DNA of 64,000 nt from Octopus sinensis. Its lineage: Eukaryota. Both the position numbers and the translations under genes were made by a program. Each line of letters opens with the position of its first letter. Position 1 is the stretch's first letter. The stretch lies in the NCBI RefSeq assembly GCF_006345805.1, contig NC_042997.1, positions 69,378,001 to 69,442,000 on the forward strand, written 5' to 3'. Shown piece after piece: positions 38,136-50,207 of the stretch. The notes beneath the pieces were generated by a model. The model saw only the letters and a program-made list of their open reading frames with translations, searched no databases and had not been told where the DNA came from.

Positions 38136-38888
38136 TCTCCTTCACTTCTCAGAGCTTTCGATTTCACTTGTTCTGGTTAATTCTGTAAGCGCGGACGGCA
38201 AATTTATCATTATTATTATCGGTGTAATTGTTGTTATTATAACTGTTGTTGTTCTCGTATTTATGGCAATCACCATATAACCAGAAGTCTCTGATGTGTA
38301 ATTTCAGTGACTTGGCTTGCTGGATACACTGCTTTTTGGACAGTTATTTGCTTTGGAGCTTATCGTCCTCAGCAGAAAAAATAGAAGGCTTGGTTTTTTT
38401 TACGATATCAGAACTGTAATATCAAGTTGGCAGAATAGCTAGAGCGTTGGATAAAATGCCTTGAGGATATTATTTACACTCTATATGTTTTCAGTACACA
38501 TTTCGAAGAGGAAAGTTTGCCTTTCATCCTTCTGAGGCCAATAGAATAAAGTCCCAGCTAATTATCACGATCGATTTAATCGACTAACGCCTCCCGTCAA
38601 ATATGCGTTCATGTGTTCTTGTTAGAGATATTAATTATAATTATTCTTAATGAAACGGTTGTTGACAGATTCAGTGTAACAGCAGGTAAAATACTTTATA
38701 GTATTTATTTATGTCATTTTACCTTCTGATGTCAGATTCAGCAAGGATCGATTTTGTTTAGTTTCGAGAGTGATAAAATAGAGTGGAAATCATACACTGG
38801 TTAACTGTATGGATATTATCAACTTTTTACCATGGCCTTATGCCTGTGTTGAAAATTAATATTGTTGCTGTTGTTGTTGTTATTATTA

Positions 38889-38923
<35 letters not shown>

Positions 38924-38957
38924 TTATATTATTATTATTATTATTATTATACTACTA

Positions 38958-39012
<55 letters not shown>

Positions 39013-39290
39013 TTATTATTATTATTATTATTATTATCATTATCATTACTACTACTACTATTATTACTATTATCATTATAAAGGCAGTGAGCTGATAGAA
39101 TCATTACCACATCGATAAAACGCTTAGCATCCTTTTTTTTCTCCCGTCTTTACGTTCTGAGTTCAAATTCTGCCGATGTCGACTTTGCCTTTCATCCTTT
39201 CGGGGTCTATAAGTACCAGCTGAACACTGGGGTCGATGTAATCAATTTTACCTCTCCTCAAAATTTCAGGCCTCGTGCCTATAATAGAAT

Positions 39291-39353
<63 letters not shown>

Positions 39354-39400
39354 TATCATTATTATTATTATTATTGCAATTGTTATTAATGAGAATTATC
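37720..39400. repeat. Cluster of (ATT)n/(ACT)n trinucleotide arrays with interleaved SINEs
   Basis: Read directly. SINE copies lie at about 37791-37960 and 39082-39295 (ggcggcgagctggc...gttcaaattc). Confidence 0.9.
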
Positions 39401-39660
39401 ACATTTTTGTTATTATTTTCCTAATAATGTTTATTGTTATTGTTATTTTACTTAGTGTCGCTGTTATCAATCTATGTTCGTTATATTTTGAGTTGTGTGT
39501 TTTGCTACTTTATATAAAGTTAGGCAGGAATATTATAGCCACTGGTTTCTTGATAAGTATATTCCAAAGAGGAACCATAAACACGAATTTAAAACAAAAT
39601 GAGTAATGATTCAAATCAACACAATAAATTTAAAATGTTATGCATGTATATATGTACGTG

Positions 39661-39694
<34 letters not shown>

Positions 39695-39720
39695 ATATAT
39701 ATACATAATAAATACACGCC

Positions 39721-39761
<41 letters not shown>

Positions 39762-39939
39762 GTATATGTAGGTATGTATGTATGTGTCTGTGTGCGTAAG
39801 GAGGTGTCAGCGTGTGCATGTGTATGTGTGTGTATATATATATATATATATATAATTGAGGTGTATATGCGTGTAGCTATGTATATGTCTGTGAGTGTAT
39901 GTGAATATACATATGTGTGCGGTGCATGTGTGTGTGTGT

Positions 39940-39977
<38 letters not shown>

Positions 39978-40010
39978 TGTGTGTGTGTGTGTTTGTGTGT
40001 GTGTTTGTGT

Positions 40011-40047
<37 letters not shown>

Positions 40048-40459
40048 CTTGTTATATAATATAGGCGTACGTGTAAACATATATATGTAAATGAAAAATC
40101 ATTGAATTTTAATTCGGGATCATTTCCTTGACAGAAACAGTTATCATTCTATATTTCATGATGTATTCAATAATGTTATACTGTTTTAATCAAATTCTTT
40201 CTCTTTGTTTCCTTTATGTACATATACGAATAACCAAACTTCTGTTTGATATGGAACGTTTATGAATCGCTTTAACAATAAAATAGATTTTTACAATTCG
40301 TTTTTTATTTCTTTCTTTTTTGAATGGGAAATACTTTTTCTATTCCTGAGCGTTATACTAATACATTTGTTTGTTTAGTACACACCACTGTCTTCGTTTT
40401 TTTTTTTTTCGTGAAATATATATATATATATATATATAGATATATATATATATATACTG

Positions 40460-40718
40460 TGTGTCTGGGGAGAGTCATTTTCTTTCTTTGCCTTATAATC
40501 TAACAAACTCACCGGTAAAATTTCCACTTATTTCGTATTTTTATTTTCCTAAAATTCTCGTTGCGTCTTGCAACCTTTTCAAGAGTCAAGATTATTGAAA
40601 AGGTTGCAAGACGCAATGAACATTTTAGGAAAATAAAAATAAGAGATAAGTGGAAATTTTACTGGTGAGTGTGTTAAATTATAAGGCAGAAAAAGAAAAT
40701 GACTCTCCCCAGACACAG
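40460..40718. repeat. About 260-bp imperfect palindrome
   Basis: Arms ~40460-40582 and 40595-40718 with a 12-nt spacer; the left end abuts (TA)n. Confidence 0.9.
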
Positions 40719-40780
40719 CAGAATAGGCTTCCACACACGAACTCATATAAAGAATCTTGCATACCAAATCCAAAAACGAA

Positions 40781-40827
<47 letters not shown>

Positions 40828-40853
40828 TGTATGTATGTATGTATGTATATATG

Positions 40854-40931
<78 letters not shown>

Positions 40932-43379
40932 TATGTATGTATATATATATAAACATGTATATGTATACGTTTATGTAAATGAGAATGAGTGCTCAGTACT
41001 ACATTGGTAGATAGTTTCTTCATTTATGTGTTAAGGCTACCATTGATTTATTTCAAGAAAATATCTTATATTAACTTTTTCGAGCCAATCACACACGCGC
41101 ATACACACGCACACACACACACACGCGCTCGTATGCACGCACACACACATATTGCTATTGTTTTTACTATTTTACAATTGAAAACAGATGAAATGATGCA
41201 ATACTCTTGATCCATTAGTTTACATATGTGTTCTTGAATTGGTCATGAAAATCCAAATTTTATAATTAAAAACAAAGAAACTTATGTCACCATTGAATGA
41301 TCCGTTACATGATGCGCTAGCTTAAAAGCCGCACTCCGTGGACTTTTAAGTTAGCTCCTGCGGATGGCGAAATAGTACGACTATGATACGTTTATAATGA
41401 CTATATGCCCTGGTGGTGTTTGATCAGAGGTAAAGGACGGATGAGAATTAATTCCGTAATGCAATCATTATGTTGTTCTAGTCCCAAGTTGAAGTCCAAC
41501 TGTTGGAAAATTAATTCCAAAGTTCTTATCTCGACGTAAAATTAACGAAACGAGTTTCATTCATCTTCTTGATCTCCGACGTCTAACAAATGCCAGCCAA
41601 GATTGCATGAATCAATCAAGCTTTACCTGCTAGAAATAGTAACCCAAATGCTTTTAAAACAGATCCCAATGCTGGATGTTCAAGAACTAAATGAAGGGCA
41701 GATTTTCAATCCCAGGATCATCCTGATTCCAAAAAGGTATATGTCTATGTGAAGCAACTGTAGACTGGGATACAAGGGTCTCAGACGGACGGACAGAATT
41801 TCGCTTTTACTATTATAATGCATTTTGAAGAGTTAATTTTGACGTTTGGTTAGAAATATGTGATAAAATTTGGTTTTGTGTCAAACATAAACTAGTGACT
41901 AACATTGTCTAATTTTTTTCTGTTGCCTATGGAATAAGTTACACTTCGTTTCTGTTAAGTCATATTCTTAGAATATATTCAGAGGCTCATGCACAAATGT
42001 ATAAGAAAGATTTCGTTTTATCTTAAATGATTAATTATGTTTGAATTACGAATTTAAGGTGAATTTTGCTGTGACGTCTAAGAGCATTTAGAAAGAGATG
42101 AAAGTTCTATAAGTAATGGAACAAGAAGTTTTTTTATGCTCACTCTCCACCTTAATGTATTAATGCTGCAGGGGGATAATTGTGTTTCGATACGTTTGCT
42201 TGACTAATTGTGCTTAACAGTCACATCCGTTCAACTATAAAATGGAGTAAACTATCACAATATAACCCTGGATATACAAAGAGACAGAATTATCGTAGAT
42301 GAAACCGTTTTTAGAGTAAATCTATTCAATCAGTATACACCTGTTTCTAAACAACAATATCAAAAGCATTATTGTTGTTCATGAAATGAATATATGTCAA
42401 CCAGGAATTGTTACAAAAACAAGCCCGCTACTCCTCTAGTTCACTGTGCTATATTCCTATGAAGATGTCATAATATTGTATGATGTAATCATTTTGTATT
42501 TCAATAAGCCACAGTTATGACACGTTACATGAAGACAGGAATGGAAAATTGTTAGAAAGGAAAAAATGAATAACATCTACCTTTGAGATGAAATTCTAGG
42601 TTCATTGTTATATTTAAGTGTATTTATTTTATTTATGTTTTATTTATACATTTAGAAGTGTATATATATATGTTATAGTATGGCAATTAAAACAGACATT
42701 TACTGCATTTTTATTAGCTACGTTTTGGTAGCAACATATCTGCTTTTATTAGCTACATGTTTATACACCAATAAAAACTATAAAAAGCCAAGTTCAAGCA
42801 ATGTTCATCTGCTATCAGAAAGATCTGCTGCATTGGTAACAAGCGTATATAGGAATTAAGGGTTATAGGTTACGAAAGCACTGCAACATAGAGTAAAGCT
42901 GCTTTCCTTATGCTCTTTGTGTAGCACAAAATATGGTAACAACCAATCAGGCATAAACTGGCAATATTACATGAAGATAACGGGTCATAGAAGGAGCTTC
43001 TATCGTTGTTCGACTTGCTAGAATTTATAGGGAAATTTCTATTAACCTACAAACTGCAGTCCTAAAAAGAAACCCAGAAAATATTAGTTAATACATCCTG
43101 ATGTACTCTTATTTTTGTTGTTTTTGTAAAATCTCAGAAAACGAAAACGAAAGCAAGCAAAAAATAAGATTACAGTTAGAATAACTTATATTATGCTTGT
43201 TTAGTGGGTGCTGACGATGTTAATCAATAACACTTTCAACGCTAACAACATAAAGATAAGGTCTTTCAGTGAAATATCTCAAAACAATAGGTTGTGGGTA
43301 TCACTGCAAGTTGATATAACTTTTAATGATATTATGCGATTTTGAAGAAAAGTAACTGAATAGATCCTCTCTCGAAAGG

Positions 43380-43970
43380 GTTTCTGGAAAGTTCTCACAG
43401 CAGGAACCAAGCCTACGGCTTAAGGATTGTATTGAGATGCAGAATCATCAGGACAACTGTCGACCTCCCGAACTAAGGAAACATCATGAAAATTCATGAC
43501 CTGATCTTAGAAAACAGTCACAGAACAATTGACGAATTTGTTGATATGACTGGTGTACGCTGGAGCTCGTACCAACGAATCTTGAGCGAGGAATTGCAAC
43601 TGAAAAGAGTTGCAGCAAAATTTGTACCTTACTTGCTCACGGAACATCAAAAGCAGTCACGATTGAATGCTTGTCGTGAACTGAAGGAACAGTTGGAAGT
43701 TGATCCGGACCTTTTTTCGAAGATCATCACTTGTAACGAAAGCTGGTACAACGGAATGTGCACATGTGGAAGAGGTGAAAAAGAAAACGACCGAAGCGTT
43801 AAAAGGCATCACTTTGCAAGAGTTCCGACACTGCTTCGAGTGGAAAACGCGCCTGGACCAATGTATTGCTTCAAATGGAGAATACTTTGAAGGCAATAAA
43901 AGTGTAAACATGTTAAGCTAAGTGAATAAAATAATATTGCAAAATTTCGGTTTCCTTTGGGTACCCCCAC
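43380..43970 (+). mobile_element. Internally deleted mariner transposon
   Basis: RILSEELQLKRVAAKFVPYLLT...IITCNESW (WVPHEL-like motif and the first catalytic-Asp region) is joined directly to the C-terminal ..LDQCIASNGEYFEG, followed by a TIR-like end. Confidence 0.85.
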
Positions 43971-44391
43971 ATTTAAATATATATATTTATATATATATAT
44001 ATACAAAGTATGGGGGTTTAGTTCAGATGTGATCTAAACGATTAGGTACGCAAGGTAAGTGTTGTAACGGATTACTAGGGCTCCAAGGATGTAGCCGAGA
44101 CGGTAGTTATGGAACCATTGCAGATTTCCAATGCAGCGGATATATACTTGTTAAAGAGGATAAGAGAAAAATAAGGATGTCTACTACATCAGGATTTTAA
44201 GTCACAATCTATCTACGCAGGATTGCACCTAAGGACTCATACCCTTGTTTCTATAACTTCAGAAAGTTGAACTATGAATGGTTATGCTTCTTTTTCTTCT
44301 TTCTTTCCATCTCCTTATTTTTTTACTCCCTTCCTCTATGTCATCATCTCATTAATATATACCATTTTCATTTTCTCTATTTTCCCTCTTT

Positions 44392-44447
44392 GTCTCTGAT
44401 GACGGAATATCCCAAACTCGGGAAAACCCCAGAAACAACCGTAAGAC
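44392..44447 (+). ncRNA. Minimal type I hammerhead motif (C.A mismatch at the base of stem II)
   Basis: GUCU-CUGAUGA-C..A-GAAAC-AACC-GUA-AGAC; predicted cleavage after 44443. Confidence 0.65.
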
Positions 44448-44756
44448 TTTCAATTTCTTCCAATTATAATATTGTATACGACTTGAGATGTTTGCCTTTC
44501 CTTAATGTTGTTGTTCTGTTTAACAATTATATATAAAACTTAGATAAAACTTAGATATGTTTCGACCAGAGATTGGTCCAGGCCATGTCTAACTTAATAG
44601 CACCACCTGATAGGATTATTCGAATCCCGTTATCTTCATATATATATATATATATATAACGGGAAGCTTTATGAAAATAAACAAAAGACGAAGGCAGGTG
44701 GAAAACAAACGAACAATTGTATTAGTATGGCGCTCAGGAAATATAAATAAAACAAG

Positions 44757-44794
44757 TCTTTAACGTTTCGAGCCTACGCTCTTCAACAGAAAGA
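44757..44794 (-). ncRNA. Atypical hammerhead-like motif in the 3' pLTR (CUGUUGAA core)
   Basis: UCUUU-CUGUUGAA-GAGC-GUAG-GCUC-GAAAC-GUU-AAAGA, with palindromic ACGU as stem III. Confidence 0.55.
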
Positions 44795-45612
44795 TACACA
44801 GAGAGAGAAAAACACAGAAAGAAGGAGAGAAAAAAAAATGCGTGCAGTAGCTAACGAATCAACATGGCGATCTGATTTCGGCCAGAGGTCAAAGATCAAA
44901 CATGAGACGCGAGAGCGAAATAAGGGGAGATAATAGGGTTGATAAATGGGTTGAGGGACCAGCAGCTAATAGTGCGTAGGAGGGGTCTGGATGTGTGTAT
45001 GTATAGGGGGTTGGTGTATGTATTAGTATGTATAAGGGTGTGTGTGTGTATGTGTGTGTGTATGAGAGAGTATTAGTGCGTAGGATTGGTCTGGACGTGC
45101 GTATGTATGGGGTTGGTGTATGTATTAGTATGTATTAGTATGTATAGTACGTATTGGTATGTATAAGTGTGTGTGTGTGTGTGTATGAGAGAGTATAAGT
45201 GCGTATGCGGGGTCTGGACGTGTGTATGTATAGGGTTGGTGTATGTATTAGTATGTACTAGTATGTATTAGTACGTATTAGTATGTATTAGTTGGTGTGT
45301 GTATTAGTATGGCACATCATATGTGATGTGATGTGTAAAGTCATGTGGTGTAGTGAGGAGAAGAGGGGGGAGGGGGAGAAGAGGGGGGAGATAAGGGGAG
45401 GGGGAAGAAGAGGGGGAGGAGAGGGGGGAAGGGAGAGGAGGGGCGGAGGGGGATGAAGGAGGAAAGAGAGAGAGAGGAGTGAGGGAGCAGAGGGAAGGGG
45501 AAGAGGGAGGGAGAAAGAGGGAAGAAGGGAAGGGGAGTAGGGGTGAAAGGATGAAGGACTGAAGAAGTAGGGGTCGGGGGGAAAGGATAGGTGAGGAGGG
45601 GGGAGAGGGGGG

Positions 45613-48553
45613 TTAGATGAGGAGGGGGGCAGAGTTGAGACCAAATGGCGTATAAGAGCGAAGAGAGAAGATTAATTCCTGTTCACGGCGCAAACGGGAA
45701 TCCGGATGGCCTCTGTGTAAGGACAAACCGAACACAGATAGGTGTTGCAAGGAGTGACCGGTGGAGCGGAAATGGCGTGAGACCGGTGTGTCGTTCGCAA
45801 GGTGGATGTCACGAAGGTGTTCCGCGAACCGGTCAGCCAAGCGGCGTCCCGTTTGTCCGATGTACAAGGAATTGCAGAGAGAGCAAGAGATGCAATAGAT
45901 AATATTGCTGGAGGTGCAGGTGAAGGAGTGGATGATGGGATTAGGGTCGATGGTGTGGGTGCTAGTGAGGCGGGTGGTGTTGGAGAGGTAAGGGCAAGTG
46001 CGGCAACGTGGGCGGGAGCAGGGGAACGAGCCGGGTTGGGAGGTAGGGTCAGGGAAGGAGCTATGGACCAAAAGGTCTCGAAGGTTGTGGGCTCGTTTGA
46101 AAGAGGGGAGGGGTCGGTTAGGGAAGAGGTTAGGGAAGAGGTGTGAAGTGGACGGGTCGGACTGGAGATGACGGAAAGCTCGAAGAATGGTGCGTTGGAG
46201 ACGTAGGGTCGTGGGGTGGTAAGTGAGGGGAAAAGGGAGGCGGGAGACTACAGGGCGGGTTCGGGGAGAGAGAGCAGATACACGGTCCACGGACCGTGCT
46301 CTGGCAAGGGCGGTGTGGATAGTGGTGAGGGGGTATCCACGTAGGGTGAAGTGGTGAGCCATACGTTGAGACTGAGTCTCAAAGTCATGGTCGTCACTAC
46401 AGAGCCTACGTAGACGGGGGAATTGGGAATAGGGGATGGAAAGCTTGATGTGTTCTGGGTAGGAGGAAGAGAAGTTGAGGTATGAGTGTGAGTCTGTGTG
46501 TTTGTAGTGAATGGAGGTGGTAAGAGTGGAGGAGTGAAGAATGCTAACCGAAATGTCGAGGAAGGAGACAGAGGTGTTGGAGATAGTGGAAGTGAAGTGG
46601 AGGGCTGGATGGAAAGATTGGACGAAAGAGAGGAAGGAATCTAGATGTTCGCGGGAGAGTGAGGTGGCACCGATAATGTCGTCAATGTAACGACCATATA
46701 GTTCGGGAGTGGGACCAGTGAAATTAGAGAATATTTGGGCCTCAACATAGCCAACGAACAGGTTCGCATAGTTGGGGCCCATTCGCGTTCCCATGGCCAC
46801 TCCCGAGACCTGATGGTAGAACTCGCCCGCGAACGAGAAGCAGTTCAGAGTAAGGACAAGTTCGGCCAGACGAATGAGTGTGGAGGTGTCAGGTACAGGG
46901 TTAGAGCGGAGGTCAAGAAAGTGTCGAAGGGCCTGCAGTCCTTCGTGGTGAGGGATAACAGTATAGAGGCTTTGGATGTCCATAGTAAAAAGGATTTTGG
47001 AGGAGCCGGGAGGAAAGGAGAAAGAGTTGAAAAGCCGGAGAGCATGGTTGGTATCGTGGATGTGGGAGGGGAGGGAAGAGATGCCACTAGGGGGGCAAGG
47101 ACACGGTCGAGGTATTTAGAGATGAGCTCCGTGGGGCAGTTACAGGCGGAGACGATGGGGCGGCCAGGGTTGTTGGGTTTGTAGATTTTGGGGAGGAAGT
47201 AAATGGTGGGGGTACGTGGGGTTCGCACAATTAGGTTGGATGCGGTGCGGGGGAGACGGGAGGACGAGATGAGGTCTTGGACAGTAGAGGATACCGTCTG
47301 TTGGTAGCTACGTGTGGGGTTAGAGGGCAGAGGGGAATAGAAGGAGGTGTCATTGAGTTGGCGGAAAGCCTCGGCCCTATAGAGGTCCGCGTTCCACACC
47401 ACTACAGCTCCACCCTTGTCAGCCGGTCTGATGATAATGTCAGCGCGCCGTTGGAGGGAACGAAGAGCCAAGAGCTCAGCCGGGGAGATGTTGAGGCCGC
47501 GTTGGCGCCTGGAGAAGTTGAACCGCTCCAATGCACGCTGACAATCGCCCGCGAAAAGATCCACTGCTAGGATCTGGCCAGGGGCAGGCGTCCACGGGGA
47601 TGGTCGGCGGCCCAGGCCAGTGAAGCAGTCCTCTTCGTTGGGTGTGGGTGGCGAGTCGTGGTAATGCGCACCCAACCGGACACGGCGCAGAAAGCTGTGG
47701 ACATCAACTCGCGTCTGGAATTCCTTACAGGATGGAGTGAGGGGGATGAAACGCAGACCCCTACCAAGGACGGAGCGTTCAGCCGCAGAGAGGGAAGATC
47801 GGGGGGAATGGTAAACAGACGGAAGTGGAGAAGGGGTGGGTGGAATAGAAGTAGGAGGGGTGGTAGGTCTCGTGGAGGTCTGAGGGGAGGGATTGGGGGG
47901 GATGGGGAGGTGTGTGGGGGTGGTTGGCGGGGCGGCAGTAGGGTTAGGTGTAGGTGGATGGAGCCTAACGGGAGGGGAGAAGGGGTTGTAGGGAGGGGCA
48001 GTGGGGTTAGGTGTGGGTGGATGGAGCCTATCGGGAGGGGAGAAGGGTGGTGGAGGAGTGGGGGGTAGTGGCGTCGGGTAGGTGGAATGGAAGAGTGATT
48101 GGAGTTTACGAAGTTTAGTATCAGAAAGAAATTGATGGAAGAGTTGATTCAAATGGATAATGAAGCGTAGCGTGTTTGGAGCATAGAGAGGCGGCAGAGA
48201 GGAGAGAGAGAAGAAGGTGGAGAAAGCAGGAGGAAGAAGGCGGTTGATGGCATGTAGTTTGGAGAGATTGGAGCGAATGGTGGCCCGCATAAGGCGGTAA
48301 GATGTGGTGCGGAGTATGGGTAAGATGGAAGAATCCGAGTGGAGAGCAGGGTGGAAGTGGAGGCGGAAACCTTTAGGGATGAGTCGGTGATGTAGGCAGC
48401 GGCTTAGGAAAGAGACATGGCTAGAGAAGCGGGTTTTTTTTAAAAGAAGTAGAGAGAGATTAACGGACGGCTGAAGGCATATACAGGAAGCGAACGGAGA
48501 TGATCCTTCAAACGGTGATGGAGGGTGAGGAGGTAGGACCTAGGATCCGGCAT
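45613..48553 (-). CDS. Penelope RT-GIY-YIG polyprotein, frameshifted (about 980 codons when joined)
   Basis: ATG at 48553. N-terminal HVSFLSRCLHHRLIPKGF; RT motifs GVAMGTRMGP and YIDD; CSRPRCRTC linker; GIY-YIG CTSSNIIYCISC..C..LYIGQTGRRL..RF.EH; stop at 45613-45615. Frameshifts near 48440 and at 47065-47074. Confidence 0.9.
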
Positions 48554-49286
48554 GATGGGATAGCGGAAAAAAAAAACGTTCGAAAAAAACAAAATAAACA
48601 AAAAACAAAAATTATCGTATGAAAAAAATAGAAAAAAAGGATAGCGAAAAAAGGGGAAAAAACAAACGTTCAAAAAACAAAAAAATAATAATCGTATGAA
48701 AAACTAATAAGTAAGCGATAGGGGCAGAAAAGAAAAGAGGGGCAAACGGAAAAGGGAAAGAAAGAAGGGAAGCAGAGAGAGGGGGAGGCAAAAAAAAGGG
48801 GGGTGCAGGCAGAGGAAACGGAGTATGGACATCCAGAGAGGGAAGAAAGACGGAAAGGAGAACAAAAATTCAGGAAAATGTGGAAAGCATGAAATGAATG
48901 TGAAAAAAAGTGGTAATATAAGAGAAAATAAAAATACAACAAACGGGACAGTTTATGCGAACAAGTTCAAGGTTGGTTGAAAGTTCAAGGTGAGAAATGT
49001 GTAGACGTCGTGGTATATTTTTAAGGATTTCACATCAATGCAAAGTCACTTTGATCCGCGAAAGAGAGGTGCAGCCAATGGTAAGTATCCAAGAGGTAAA
49101 GAAAATCCAAGGTAGAGGTAAGTGTTGATAGTGGTATTGGTAGAATATAGGATGAAAGTGAGACCACGTGAGCGCATAATATATAACGGGAAGCTTTATG
49201 AAAATAAACAAAAGACGAAGGCAGGTGGAAAACAACAAACGAACAATTGTATTAGTATGGCGCTCAGGAAATATAAATAAAACAAG

Positions 49287-49324
49287 TCTTTAACGTTTCG
49301 AGCCTACGCTCTTCAACAGAAAGA
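49287..49324 (-). ncRNA. Atypical hammerhead-like motif in the 5' pLTR (identical copy)
   Basis: Same sequence as 44757-44794. Confidence 0.55.
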
Positions 49325-50171
49325 TACACAGAGAGAGAAAAACACAGAAAGAAGGAGAGAAAAAAAATGCGTGCAGTAGCTAACGAATCAACATGGCGAT
49401 CTGATTTCGGCCAGAGGTCAAAGATCAAACATGAGACGCGAGAGCGAAATAAGGGGAGATAATAGGGTTGATAAAAGGGTGGAGGGACCAGCTATTAGTG
49501 CGTAGGAGGGGTCTGGATGTGTGTATGTATAGGGTTGGTGTATGTATTAGTATGTATAAGGGTGTGTGTGTGTGTGGTGGTGTGTGTGTGTATGAGAGAG
49601 TATTAGTGCGTAGGATTGGTCTGGACGTGCGTATGTATGGGGTTGGTGTATGTATTAGTATGTATTAGTATGTATTAGTACGTATTGGTATGTATAAGGT
49701 GTGTGTGTGTGTGTGTATGAGAGAGTATAAGTGCGTATGCGGGTCTGGACGTGTGTATGTATAGGGTTGGTGTATGTATTAGTATGTACTAGTATGTATT
49801 AGTACGTATTAGTATGTATTAGTTGGTGTGTGTATTAGTATGGCACATCATATGTGATGTGATGTGTAAAGTCATGTGGTGTAGTGAGGAGAAGAGGGGG
49901 AGGGGGAGAAGAGGAGGAGAGAAGAGAGAAGAGGAGGGGAAGAGAGGGGGAGGAGAGGGGGAGAGGAGAGAGGATGGGGCGGAGGGGGATGAAGGAGGAA
50001 AGAGGGAGAGAGGGAGTGAGGGAGCAGAGGGAAGGGGAAGAGGGAGGGAGAAAGAGGGAAGAAGGGAAGGGGAGTAGGGGTGAAAGGATGAAGGACTGAA
50101 GAAGTAGGGGTCGGGGGGGAAAGCATAGGTGAGGAGGGGGAGAGGGGGGGGATTAGGTTAGGAGGGGGGGC

Positions 50172-50207
<36 letters not shown>

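Larger units (their letters stand above)
44652..50174 (-). mobile_element. Near-full-length Penelope-like retroelement (probably Neptune clade) with direct pseudo-LTRs
   Basis: Direct repeats of about 1 kb at 44652-45633 and 49179-50174; RT plus GIY-YIG ORF; (TA)n on both flanks. Confidence 0.95.

Noticed and set aside
41315-41356. Hairpin GCTAGCTTAAAAG...CTTTTAAGTTAGC
   Set aside because: The stem of about 17 bp is too short for a pre-miRNA, and there is no other support.
48430-48450. Programmed -1 frameshift at TTTTAAAAAAAAC in the Penelope ORF
   Set aside because: The zero-frame stop comes before the A-run slippery heptamer and re-pairing at the preceding codons is poor. A homopolymer indel is simpler.
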